25,779 nucleotides of DNA from a virus. Lineage: Duplodnaviria; Caudoviricetes. Where the stretch lies: positions 1-25,779 of IMG/VR virus record IMGVR_UViG_3300005758_000073, one strand, 5' to 3'. The notes under the pieces were generated by a model. The model had not been told where the DNA came from. It saw only the letters and a program-made list of their open reading frames with translations, and did not search any database. Every line of letters begins with the position of its first letter. Position 1 is the first letter of the stretch. A program made the translations under genes and the position numbers. Below are positions 16,084 through 24,730 of this stretch, one piece after another.

Positions 16084-16104
16084 CGGAATAGTTGCTTTTA
16101 AATT

Positions 16105-16725
16105 TCACTGGACAACGTTGGCTAGTTGTTTATACAAGTCATCAATACTACCGTTATTGTCAATGATAGCATCAAAATTTGTACCTACCCACGCTGTTTC
16201 GCTAGCATGTACACCTAGTGCTTTAAGTTTTTCTGCGGCAAATGAATCACCATTATTTGCTTTTGCAGCCATAATATGCCAGCTTGGTAACTCCCCGCGT
16301 TGTACCCAAATAACTTTACCGCCTGCTTCTTTGATGGCTTTGATTTCATTTGGAAAACGGCAGTCTGAAATAACAATATTGTCTTTGCTGTTACGCAATC
16401 GGGCTTCTAAACTGGCAATCCAGATATCATTATGAAAGCCTTTGCGACACACTTCGGTTCCCCAATATTGTAATACCCAACGTGGAGTTAGATTGGGCAT
16501 ATCTAGCTTTTTAGCCCACCACGTGTCGACTTGTTCACGCCATTCCCGGGCTTCTTTGGTGCGTCCTTCTAGTAGTTCTCTATCCCAACCAAAAACTGCA
16601 CCAACTGCGTCTTTGAGTGTTGCGGCAAATGAGTCTCTACGGAACTCGTGAAAGTTTACAAGGTAATCTGCGGCTGTGTCTTTGCCAGAACCAATGAAGC
16701 CGCATACGCCGATAATTTTAGTCAT
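16105..16725 (-). CDS. gp1: Deoxynucleoside monophosphate kinase (T4 gp1-like)
   Basis: P-loop 'GFIGSGKDT', 'SFAATLKD', 'PRWVLQYWGTE', 'ISDCRFPNE', 'HASE'. Confidence 0.92.
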   Translation of the reverse strand: MTKIIGVCGFIGSGKDTAADYLVNFHEFRRDSFAATLKDAVGAVFGWDRELLEGRTKEAREWREQVDTWWAKKLDMPNLTPRWVLQYWGTEVCRKGFHNDIWIASLEARLRNSKDNIVISDCRFPNEIKAIKEAGGKVIWVQRGELPSWHIMAAKANNGDSFAAEKLKALGVHASETAWVGTNFDAIIDNNGSIDDLYKQLANVVQ

Positions 16726-16730
16726 GAGTT

Positions 16731-16759
16731 ATGATAACATAACTGCAATACTAAAGCAA
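16731..16759 (-). promoter_or_regulatory. sigma70-type promoter with extended -10 for the dNMP kinase (leaderless)
   Basis: TTGCTT (16759-16754), 17 nt spacer ending in TGT, TATCAT (16736-16731), then AACTC-ATG. Confidence 0.65.
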
Positions 16760-16763
16760 GAGT

Positions 16764-17390
16764 TTACTTTTCGTATTTTACCATAAAGTCAGAACAGGTT
16801 CTAAACATTTGTGGTACTAGATTCTTTTCTTTTTCAATTAGTCTATGCAGGTCTGCAAACTCCTCTGCATAATTTACCGCTCTTAATGCGTTTAGTACTA
16901 ACTCTACGCAACTAACATGGGTATCATCTGATAGGTCAAATAAGTCATCGTATGGCTTGCCTTGCTGTTTTAATAGTGCATCAATGATTTTGGTCCATTC
17001 TGCATTGTCGATGTTATTTGGTGTTAGCAAACATACTGTGTCGCATTCAAATACCCGATCAAATGTAGAATAATGTACACCTACTCCTGTCGCTTCAACA
17101 AATTTAAAGCTGGCAGTATCTGCAGGATCAGTGATGTTGTCACAGTTCATTAGTGCATGAGTGTAGTTGGCCCATACTCCTGTTTTAACCCATGACAAGA
17201 ATGAGACTACAATACTGCTTAGATGATGTTTGTCTCCAGTGAGGATAATGTAATAACCGTTAGCCAACAAGCGAGCAAGCTCATCTCGATCAGTTACTGT
17301 AATATATGTTTTCTTGCTCCAAGAGATTTTTCCTGGAAGCATTGCAATCCAATGATATATCTTATAAAGTAATGTAGAGTACTTTGACAT
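16764..17390 (-). CDS. Permuted papain-like (NlpC/P60, YiiX/YaeF-type) amidase/acyl-hydrolase
   Basis: His before Cys: 'NYTHALM', 'FVEATGVGV', 'GKPYDDLF', 'VSCVELV'. Start probably ATG 17390, right after the GNAT stop. Confidence 0.8.
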   Translation of the reverse strand: MSKYSTLLYKIYHWIAMLPGKISWSKKTYITVTDRDELARLLANGYYIILTGDKHHLSSIVVSFLSWVKTGVWANYTHALMNCDNITDPADTASFKFVEATGVGVHYSTFDRVFECDTVCLLTPNNIDNAEWTKIIDALLKQQGKPYDDLFDLSDDTHVSCVELVLNALRAVNYAEEFADLHRLIEKEKNLVPQMFRTCSDFMVKYEK

Positions 17391-17391
17391 A

Positions 17392-18189
17392 TTAACCTTT
17401 CCAAACTGCAAACAGTCCGCCTTCGAATGAAGTTTGTCCTCCGTACACACTGGCTGTTTTTTGTTTGACTACTGCTTCAAGTTCTTTGCCAGTTGTATTT
17501 GGTTGAACATCAAATGCAAAATAATGTGTGCCTGTGCTAGTAGTACCAAAATATTCTCCGCCTAGCTTGCCCATAATGGTATCAATATCTTGTTCTTTCC
17601 TTTTAATAGTTTCTGGGTAATTACTATCGGGATCGGTGTTTAGTTCATCGTCGTGTACTGCAATATATCCCTTCATTTCTACGCCAGGTATTTGACTTAA
17701 ACTTACCCAGTTTCGGCGGCCTCCTGGTGTTTGAGCAGAACCAGCAATCAGTGGTCGCTTCATGATAGTAAGCACAATACCATACAATGCTTTGGCTATT
17801 CCTAATCCACGGTAGTCTTCGTCGACTGTGATTGTACCAACTTGTAAAGCTCCTTTTAAAGGGAAACGCCATGGTTCTTCTAGAGTTAGCTTGCCAATGA
17901 GTTGCGGGACTTTCTTTCCTGAACGCTGGCGCTTTTCCCATGCTTGTAATCGTTCTTCATACTCAGATCTGAACTCGTAAGGACTTTTCTTTGGTTTTAG
18001 ATCAGCTGTTTGACTATTCGGATCCCATAGCTTAATAGTAGGTTCGTTTCTTCCAGGTTCAATTGTGTATAACAATCCACTGCCGCCAGGCAACTCTTTA
18101 AATTTCTTTGCACCATTGTCAACATAAAGGTGACTTTTGCCACCACGATAATCGCTTGGTACTAGTCGTTCAATTTCACTTATCTTCAT
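17392..18189 (-). CDS. GNAT-family acetyltransferase
   Basis: Acetyl-CoA motif A 'ITVDEDYRGLGIAKALY' and 'QTPGGRRNWVSL'; N-terminus MKISEI. Confidence 0.8.
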   Translation of the reverse strand: MKISEIERLVPSDYRGGKSHLYVDNGAKKFKELPGGSGLLYTIEPGRNEPTIKLWDPNSQTADLKPKKSPYEFRSEYEERLQAWEKRQRSGKKVPQLIGKLTLEEPWRFPLKGALQVGTITVDEDYRGLGIAKALYGIVLTIMKRPLIAGSAQTPGGRRNWVSLSQIPGVEMKGYIAVHDDELNTDPDSNYPETIKRKEQDIDTIMGKLGGEYFGTTSTGTHYFAFDVQPNTTGKELEAVVKQKTASVYGGQTSFEGGLFAVWKG

Positions 18190-18192
18190 GTG

Positions 18193-18951
18193 TTATCCAA
18201 AAATGAACCCTAGTGGTGTGCCACCATCTTCATACTTTAATAGTGCTTCTTCTAGTTTATCTTTTTCGGCTTGGCCTTGCTGGATTAAGTCGTTACCGTT
18301 TAGTTGAACGCCACCCTGGGGGCCTGCTAAGTTTGCAAACTTGCTACGAGCCTGTCCTAGACTCATTTTAGCAACTGCTAGGGCATAATCCTTTAACCAC
18401 TGCCCTGCATAAACGTCTACTAATAATGCTTCATCAGGACGATAATTGTAAGTGTGCAGAACAGTATTTTCTTCTGCTTTAACGTTGCGGTGTAAGTTTA
18501 AAATCTTAGATGAGTTAGACCATGTAAATGTAACATTGGCACCAAACATACGTCCTAGCAGTTCACGTTGTCCCATGTATAACTCAAATGTAGCAAGACC
18601 TTGCCCACGTGCGGCATTTAACATATACATGTTTAAGTAACCGGCTTCAAAGGGTTCAAAGTTTGTAGCTGAACTTCCAACACCACCTGCTGATTGTCGA
18701 TACATTACTCTTACTTCGATAATTTCGTTTGGAAGTCTATAGTTACTTTGATCTGGACTTAGCCTTAAAATCATAAAGCTTTCTTCAACTGCCCTGCTAC
18801 TGCGCTGGCGGTAATAGGCAATAGCCCTATCAAGGGCCATGTCATAGTGTTCTTTGTCGAGTTCAATGTCGACCATGCCGCCACCAAGGTTTAGCTCAAT
18901 ATACTTGATTGCCTTAGCACGTTCGGTGGTATTTGTGTTTAGTTCTGCCAT
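18193..18951 (-). CDS. gp13: Neck/head-tail adaptor protein (T4 gp13-like)
   Basis: 'LNLGGGMVDIELDKEHYDMALDRA', 'WLKDYALAVAK..LGQARSKF....GPQGGVQLNG'. Confidence 0.85.
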   Translation of the reverse strand: MAELNTNTTERAKAIKYIELNLGGGMVDIELDKEHYDMALDRAIAYYRQRSSRAVEESFMILRLSPDQSNYRLPNEIIEVRVMYRQSAGGVGSSATNFEPFEAGYLNMYMLNAARGQGLATFELYMGQRELLGRMFGANVTFTWSNSSKILNLHRNVKAEENTVLHTYNYRPDEALLVDVYAGQWLKDYALAVAKMSLGQARSKFANLAGPQGGVQLNGNDLIQQGQAEKDKLEEALLKYEDGGTPLGFIFG

Positions 18952-18954
18952 AAG

Positions 18955-18981
18955 AGTCTCCGGTAGTATTTACCGGAGACT
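18955..18981 (-). promoter_or_regulatory. RBS-occluding hairpin containing the late promoter of the neck gene
   Basis: Perfect 11-bp stem AGTCTCCGGTA-AATAC-TACCGGAGACT; GTAAATA spans the 5' arm and loop; GGAG is in the 3' arm; ATG follows 3 nt after the stem. Confidence 0.8.
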
Positions 18982-18992
18982 GGTTGCAAAAC

Positions 18993-20201
18993 TTACTTGA
19001 TTGCGCGGAGCAGGATCGTTTCTGGAGAAATGCGTCCTTTTAGCTTGGTCTCAACGCTTTTAATAGTGTCCATAAACTTGCGTAGTCCGGGCTTGCCTTG
19101 TGTCTTAAACTCTGCAAGCTTTTCTGCAGGCTTACGTAGCGTTTTGCAAGTGCTCTTTAGCTCGTCAAATCCAATGATAGCAGAGCCCTTAACACCCAAC
19201 TGGCCAACAACCATATCACCGTGTGTTGGCACAACAAAGCGGCCTAGCTTGCGTGTCTTTGTATTGTAAACCCAAAGCTCGCTCATACCCAAAATGTCAG
19301 TAGGGGCAATACTCTTAAGTCCAAGTTCTGCAAATTCTTTAAGGAACTTGAGATTCTTAACTTGCTTTTCAGGTGGCACAGGCTTGCGCTTGGGCTTGGC
19401 ACGAGTAGCAATCTTAGAAGTTTTATAAGCCATAGCATCGTTAATGATAGCTTCGTAAAACTTAATAAGCTTGTTTACTTCTCGCTTACCCAGATGCTTG
19501 TATGCTTCCAACAACTGGCTGTCCTTGCCTTCTAGATATTCGTTAAGTTCATCAATCTTAGGTTGGATGACTTCTGGAATCTTAGTAGCATATTGCACCG
19601 CAATATTTTGAGCGGACAAGAACTTAAAGGTTGAGAACTCTTTGCCATCGGTTAGATAGTCATCAATAGCACCTTCAATTTCTCCCATTGCTTCGCTAAA
19701 CTTTTCAGCAAGTCGATCTTGAATTGTTTCTTTTTTAACTACAGGCTGGGCTTCTTTTTCAGCTTCTGCTTCTTCAACATCATACTTGCCAGACTTGATT
19801 GATGTTTCAATTTCGTTGCGAAGCCATGCGCCAGTGTCACGACCTTGATTAAAGTCTGCATGGATTTCAGGCATGCCACGAACAAGGCACGCCGCAACGC
19901 CGCATAGTGTAGAGGATACACGGCTGTCTTTAAGTTTACGGAATTCGTTAATTGTAGCTTTGTCGTAGCCATTGAGCTCCATCCACTCTGCTACTTTAGG
20001 GCGCAAGTCTTTAACGCTTGACTCAAGACGATAGTACTCCATTGCTTTACGGAAATGGCTACCAAACTGCATGCCTTCCCAATCTTGAGCGCCATCCCAG
20101 CTTGGGCTGTAATCCCGGGCCGATTTTGTACGATGTGCAATTACTTGCTTTTTAGTTACACGGGTCTTTTTAGCGGGTGCTTTTTTGGTTGCTGTAGCCA
20201 T
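18993..20201 (-). CDS. Hypothetical early protein with Lys-rich N-terminus
   Basis: 402 aa ORF with AGGAG RBS and a consensus sigma70 promoter; C-terminal 'LWVYNTKTRKLG...KTLRKP' segment; function not recognised. Confidence 0.8.
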   Translation of the reverse strand: MATATKKAPAKKTRVTKKQVIAHRTKSARDYSPSWDGAQDWEGMQFGSHFRKAMEYYRLESSVKDLRPKVAEWMELNGYDKATINEFRKLKDSRVSSTLCGVAACLVRGMPEIHADFNQGRDTGAWLRNEIETSIKSGKYDVEEAEAEKEAQPVVKKETIQDRLAEKFSEAMGEIEGAIDDYLTDGKEFSTFKFLSAQNIAVQYATKIPEVIQPKIDELNEYLEGKDSQLLEAYKHLGKREVNKLIKFYEAIINDAMAYKTSKIATRAKPKRKPVPPEKQVKNLKFLKEFAELGLKSIAPTDILGMSELWVYNTKTRKLGRFVVPTHGDMVVGQLGVKGSAIIGFDELKSTCKTLRKPAEKLAEFKTQGKPGLRKFMDTIKSVETKLKGRISPETILLRAIK

Positions 20202-20234
20202 TTGTTTGCTCCTAAAGTGTGCGTTGACTGGACA

Positions 20235-20263
20235 ATTATAACTTATCTCTGCGGGCCTGTCAA
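20235..20263 (-). promoter_or_regulatory. Perfect-consensus sigma70 early promoter
   Basis: TTGACA (20263-20258), 17 nt spacer, TATAAT (20240-20235). Confidence 0.9.
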
Positions 20264-20276
20264 GAGCTAAGAACCG

Positions 20277-20317
20277 GTAAATAGCTTACAAATATAGGAC
20301 CATTTTGGTCCTGAGGA
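20277..20317 (+). promoter_or_regulatory. Late promoter motif, leader hairpin and RBS for the gp14/gp15 operon
   Basis: GTAAATA at 20277-20283; AGGACCA-TTT-TGGTCCT hairpin at 20296-20312; GAGGA before ATG 20322. Confidence 0.6.
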
Positions 20318-20321
20318 AATT

Positions 20322-21425
20322 ATGCCAAAAATATCGCTTTGGAAAAACGCTAAAACGCAGGACTACTACTATCAGGACCGAATCATTCGTGAAGCGGTAG
20401 GTGCAGGCGGAACAACTATTCTGATCCACAAGTATCTTGGTCCAGCGGCTACAGAAGATGGTTCTGATCCAGCTAGGCCCAATCTAGCAGAGAAGGACCA
20501 AATTACAGAACTTGACATCCAAGATGTGCTGTTTATGGAAAACCGCGACCGTGTTTATGATACCACTATATACGAGCTTCGTGGCACTTATAACGTCACG
20601 GACCAAGACTTTGACCTAAGTCAGTTTGGACTATTTTTAAATGCCGACACTATGTTTATTACATTTCATACAAATGAAATGATTGAGCGTTTAGGTCGCA
20701 AACTTATGGCCGGTGATGTAATTGAACTGCCGCACTTAAACGATGACTTATTGCTTGATGCTAATGCTAAGAGCATTAACAAGTTTTATGCTATCCAGGA
20801 TGCCGCCCGAGCCGCAGAAGGTTTTGGTCCAACATGGTGGCCGCATTTATGGCGCATTAAGGCTGCACCTATCAATGACGCACAGGAATATCGTGGTTTA
20901 CTAGGTAACCCAGAAGATGAAGATAGTTTGAAAAACGCACTTAGTACCTACCAAAAAGAAATAGCAATATCAAACGCTATTTTAGAAAGTGCTGAAGTAC
21001 TAACACCCAACGCTGGTTATGCTACTTCAGACATAACAACATTTGCTAACCCTATTCCGGGGTTTGACGGCAATCCAAACGGAATACCAAATAATGTTGT
21101 TAATACATCTGAGCATGCCGCAAGCCACGGCGATACTACTGGGGTGGCTACTGGTTTGACCTTCCCATCTAGTCCAAGCCAAGGTGACTTGTTTATGCGT
21201 GTTGACTTTACTCCAAACAGACTATTTGTATATCGCGGAAATCGTTGGCACAGAGTAATGGACAACCTAAATCAAGTTGGTTGGTCAACTGCTACATACA
21301 ATGCCGGTAAGTTTATTAATAACCCGGCTACTACCAGTGTTGGTGGATATGGCAAAGAAAAGAATACTATTGACCAGCGTCAACCACTAAGCAAGGTGTT
21401 TACAAAACCTAAGGCAGACAACTAA
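20322..21425 (+). CDS. gp14: Neck/head-closure protein (T4 gp14-like) with C-terminal extension
   Basis: 'DLSQFGLFL..DTMFITFH....ERLGRKLMAGDVIELPH' resembles the gp14 'SKFG...D......P.EGDLIYFP' pattern; directly upstream of the gp15-like gene. Confidence 0.65.
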   Translation: MPKISLWKNAKTQDYYYQDRIIREAVGAGGTTILIHKYLGPAATEDGSDPARPNLAEKDQITELDIQDVLFMENRDRVYDTTIYELRGTYNVTDQDFDLSQFGLFLNADTMFITFHTNEMIERLGRKLMAGDVIELPHLNDDLLLDANAKSINKFYAIQDAARAAEGFGPTWWPHLWRIKAAPINDAQEYRGLLGNPEDEDSLKNALSTYQKEIAISNAILESAEVLTPNAGYATSDITTFANPIPGFDGNPNGIPNNVVNTSEHAASHGDTTGVATGLTFPSSPSQGDLFMRVDFTPNRLFVYRGNRWHRVMDNLNQVGWSTATYNAGKFINNPATTSVGGYGKEKNTIDQRQPLSKVFTKPKADN

Positions 21426-22768
21426 TGGCACAACAATATTTTTATGATCAACAAATAAGACGCTGGTTGTTACAGTTCATGCGCTTGTTTGGCGGCTTCT
21501 CTGTTAAGATGGGCAAGGATGGCACTGGTGCTGACATTTATCATCAGGTGCCTGTTCGTTACGGCGATACTAACCGCATGAGCCAGCACATTCTTAGAAA
21601 CAATAGTGAAAACACAATTATTAGTGTCCCTGCTATTAGTTGCTATATTGCTGAGCTTGTGCCAAACGCAGAACGTAGACTTAATCCAACTTTCCAGGAT
21701 AGTGTACAAGTGTATGAAAAAACATTTGATCCTACTGCTGGAACATATATCGATAAAGTCGGAGAAACATATACGCTAGAGCGCCATGCCCCTATCCCTT
21801 ACGATTTAACTATTAACGTAGATGTATGGACTAGTAACACAGAGCAGAAACTTCAACTACTTGAGCAATTATTGCTATTGTTTAACCCATCTGTAAACTT
21901 ACAAAGTAGTCAGAATCCATATGACTGGACTAGCTTGGCTGTTGTTGAGCTTATTAACATTACATGGACTGCACGTAGTATTCCACAAGGTACAGACGAT
22001 ATCATCGACGTTGCTAGTTTAATTTTCCAACTGCCAATTTATCTAAGTCCACCTGCTAAGGTTAAACGTCAAGTTCTTATTCATAGTATCTTGAATAACG
22101 TTACTGCGAATTACGGCTTCATCGATGACATTATTTTAAACGATCCAGTCAATCAAACAAGACAATGGATTACATTTGAAGACAGACACATTAAGGTAAC
22201 TGAAGATTACATTCAGTTGTTAAACAACAGAAATGGCATTAATAATTTAGGCACTGGCGGAACACTTAGTTGGAAAGAACACTTTAGTCACTATGGCGGT
22301 ATGCATAACGGCATAACTGAAATACGATTAAAGTTAGGAGACCCAGTTGATCCTACTGAAGTAATCCTAAGAGTATCGTCAATTGAGGGCAATGATAACA
22401 TTTTAAGTTACATATTAGATACTACTACCTTGCCTAACGATAGTATCACTATGATTAATGGTGTTATTGATCCGCAAAGCAGTTATCCTGGTGCAGGCAA
22501 CTTACCAGCTGTTGCAACAGGTCAACGTTATTTGCTTGCCAATGATGTAATTCAAAATAGTAACTGGGGTAGTCTTGTAGCATTTACCAATGACATTATC
22601 GAGTTTAATGGTAGTGAATGGATAGTAAGCTTTGATGCATCAGAGTATACTTCTAGTGCTTATACAACAAATGCAAACACCATGGCAAAGCTGTTTTTTA
22701 CAGGAAGCGAGTGGGTGCTAGCAGTAGAAGGAACATTTGAGCAAGGCCAATGGAGAGTAGTTAACTAA
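21425..22768 (+). CDS. gp15: Tail sheath stabiliser/terminator (T4 gp15-like) with C-terminal extension
   Basis: 'YFYDQQIRRWLLQFMRLF', 'VPVRYG', 'PIPYDLTINVDVWT', 'QLLEQLLLLFNP'; coupled to the upstream gene (TAATG). Confidence 0.82.
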   Translation: MAQQYFYDQQIRRWLLQFMRLFGGFSVKMGKDGTGADIYHQVPVRYGDTNRMSQHILRNNSENTIISVPAISCYIAELVPNAERRLNPTFQDSVQVYEKTFDPTAGTYIDKVGETYTLERHAPIPYDLTINVDVWTSNTEQKLQLLEQLLLLFNPSVNLQSSQNPYDWTSLAVVELINITWTARSIPQGTDDIIDVASLIFQLPIYLSPPAKVKRQVLIHSILNNVTANYGFIDDIILNDPVNQTRQWITFEDRHIKVTEDYIQLLNNRNGINNLGTGGTLSWKEHFSHYGGMHNGITEIRLKLGDPVDPTEVILRVSSIEGNDNILSYILDTTTLPNDSITMINGVIDPQSSYPGAGNLPAVATGQRYLLANDVIQNSNWGSLVAFTNDIIEFNGSEWIVSFDASEYTSSAYTTNANTMAKLFFTGSEWVLAVEGTFEQGQWRVVN

Positions 22769-22776
22769 ATTAATAT

Positions 22777-23208
22777 ATGAGAGCAGTAGGAGCCGTTATC
22801 GTAAGTAAAAAAACAGGTCGTGCAATGATGCAGTTGCGTAGTCCTGATGAAAGCCATAGCATGTGTTGGGGGCTATGGGGCGGAAAACTTGAAAATGATG
22901 AAGGCGACTTAGAAGGCTTAAAAAGAGAACTATGTGAAGAACTAGGCTTTCCAGCAGTACCAAATACTATTGCTGTAAGTCATGTCTACACATTTACCAC
23001 AAGGGACAAGAGATTTAGACACGTAAGTTATCTAATCTTATGCGAAGATGAATTTGTTCCTGTTTTAGATCACGAAAGTGCTGGGTATTGTTGGGTTGAT
23101 ATATGGCAGTGGCCGCAGCCGCTACATCGCAATACTGCAAAAATGTTTAGTAGTAGAGGCTTTCGTGATGCGTTAGAAGGTTTGTTGGAAGATGTTAAGG
23201 GTAATTAA
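22777..23208 (+). CDS. Nudix hydrolase
   Basis: Exact Nudix box G-KLEND-E-GDLEGLK-RELCEELGF. Confidence 0.93.
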   Translation: MRAVGAVIVSKKTGRAMMQLRSPDESHSMCWGLWGGKLENDEGDLEGLKRELCEELGFPAVPNTIAVSHVYTFTTRDKRFRHVSYLILCEDEFVPVLDHESAGYCWVDIWQWPQPLHRNTAKMFSSRGFRDALEGLLEDVKGN

Positions 23209-23623
23209 AAAGTCAACTAAACCAGAAAACTTTATATACACTGGACCTCACCAGCAAATGTCATACACCGCTTGTTGGTCGAGGAATTTAATAAATCCGC
23301 TTCTCAATAAATTATATAAAGAAAACGTTTGCTATACTGAACGTTGGTATTTAGAAGTACGTAGGATGATAAATGAAGAAATGTGGCAACATCCTTTACT
23401 GCAAAGTATAATATACGATCAACAGTTAAAGACACATCTTGTTAAAAGTACTTTTATAGACGGGGCACTGATGAGAGATGTGATTAATAATGATGCTTAT
23501 CCCGAATATCAAATATCCGCCGCTATCAATCTTAAAAAACTAAACAGGTGGTGTGCGTTTTTTGTTAGCTTGCCGGATTCACAAAAAACTCTCGTTGACC
23601 GATGTGGCCAATTTCTCGACTAA
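23192..23623 (+). CDS. Hypothetical protein (143 aa)
   Basis: Overlaps the Nudix 3' end and fills the gap to the convergent GT gene. Confidence 0.65.
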   Translation: MLRVIKKSTKPENFIYTGPHQQMSYTACWSRNLINPLLNKLYKENVCYTERWYLEVRRMINEEMWQHPLLQSIIYDQQLKTHLVKSTFIDGALMRDVINNDAYPEYQISAAINLKKLNRWCAFFVSLPDSQKTLVDRCGQFLD

Positions 23624-24224
23624 GATCTAAGTCACACATTACATCAACACCTACTTCATTTAGCAGATCACAGAATCCCATATCTTCACCATGCCAGGTA
23701 GAATGTGGTGCGTTCCACTTTAAAGGAAAGTGCGGACTTGGGATATCGTCTATTGCTGAAACATGCATTAGTAAACATCCCATTCCGGTATACTTAACTT
23801 TTTCTAGTCCATTTTTTAACATGTCAACTGGTTCTACTGGATCAATGTTATAGAAAGCCGTTGGATGAAAGGGCTCAACTCTTTTAGAATAGGTGGCACA
23901 TACTACCTGCTTTTTGTGCTCCAACAATCTAACTATAACATCTTCAGGAAAGGTCATGTCGCTATCAAACCACATAATATGCTCGGCGCCGTGGTTATTA
24001 ATTGCTGTATCCAATAGCACTTGTCTTTGATTGCTGAGAACCGTTCCAGCATCCATGTCAAGAATTACAGGAATGCCTTGGGATTCGGTATACCTAATAG
24101 CATTTACTAGACAAAAAGTAAACATTGCATGAACCATTCCGTTAGTTGGAATGCACACAACAACCTGCTCGCTTAAAGTAGGTTGAACATCAAACAACGT
24201 TTTACTTGATTTGCCTAGCATCAT
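23565..24224 (-). CDS. GT-A fold (family 2-like) glycosyltransferase
   Basis: 'VVVCIPT', DxD motif 'WFDSDM', 'TGMGCLL', 'HGEDMGFC', 'IGHIG'. Confidence 0.85.
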   Translation of the reverse strand: MMLGKSSKTLFDVQPTLSEQVVVCIPTNGMVHAMFTFCLVNAIRYTESQGIPVILDMDAGTVLSNQRQVLLDTAINNHGAEHIMWFDSDMTFPEDVIVRLLEHKKQVVCATYSKRVEPFHPTAFYNIDPVEPVDMLKNGLEKVKYTGMGCLLMHVSAIDDIPSPHFPLKWNAPHSTWHGEDMGFCDLLNEVGVDVMCDLDLSREIGHIGQREFFVNPAS

Positions 24225-24730
24225 TCTTGGGATTCAGCTCTTACATTAGCAACATTGGCTTTGCGTTCAGCTAAACGAGTTGTTTTGTTGATAACATTCA
24301 AAAATGTTTGGCAACGAGTGATTGATTCTTCGTAAAGTTCAGCTGGAAGTTTTAGCATTTGTCCCATATTTTCTGTTGTTACATTTTGGCATAGTGCTTC
24401 GACTGCTGCCTTACGTGCCAACTCACCAACCCAGTACTCTGGTTCGGCGTCTTCTAGAGACTTTGCTACATCTGTGCCAACTTCAGCTTCAATTTCTGAA
24501 ATTTTTTCACTGATGATATTCATTTCGTTTAAGATTGAGGTTCTTTCCCACTCTTGTTTTGATGCATCTAGCAATAAATTTAAGTTTTCAATTTCTTTGC
24601 ATAGTGCAATTAGTAGCCTAGCACCTGTTAGGTTACCGTAAAGAAAGTTTTCTCTTTCAAATGTAGTACGGAATGGTGCCTGACCTAGTAAAGATCTAGA
24701 TTTTAATAAAATTTCATATTGTGTTGCCAT
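24221..24730 (-). CDS. Hypothetical coiled-coil protein
   Basis: 169 aa helical protein; AAGGAG RBS; ATACATA late-like motif at 24757-24751; ATGA coupling to the GT gene. Confidence 0.75.
   Translation of the reverse strand: MATQYEILLKSRSLLGQAPFRTTFERENFLYGNLTGARLLIALCKEIENLNLLLDASKQEWERTSILNEMNIISEKISEIEAEVGTDVAKSLEDAEPEYWVGELARKAAVEALCQNVTTENMGQMLKLPAELYEESITRCQTFLNVINKTTRLAERKANVANVRAESQE

Noticed and set aside
16003-17450. ORF-track starts at 16020 (sheath) and 17450 (amidase); likewise 1885 and 25713
   Set aside because: RBS position, gene coupling and family N-termini favour 16002, 17390 and 1840. The fibre frame is open beyond the window end.
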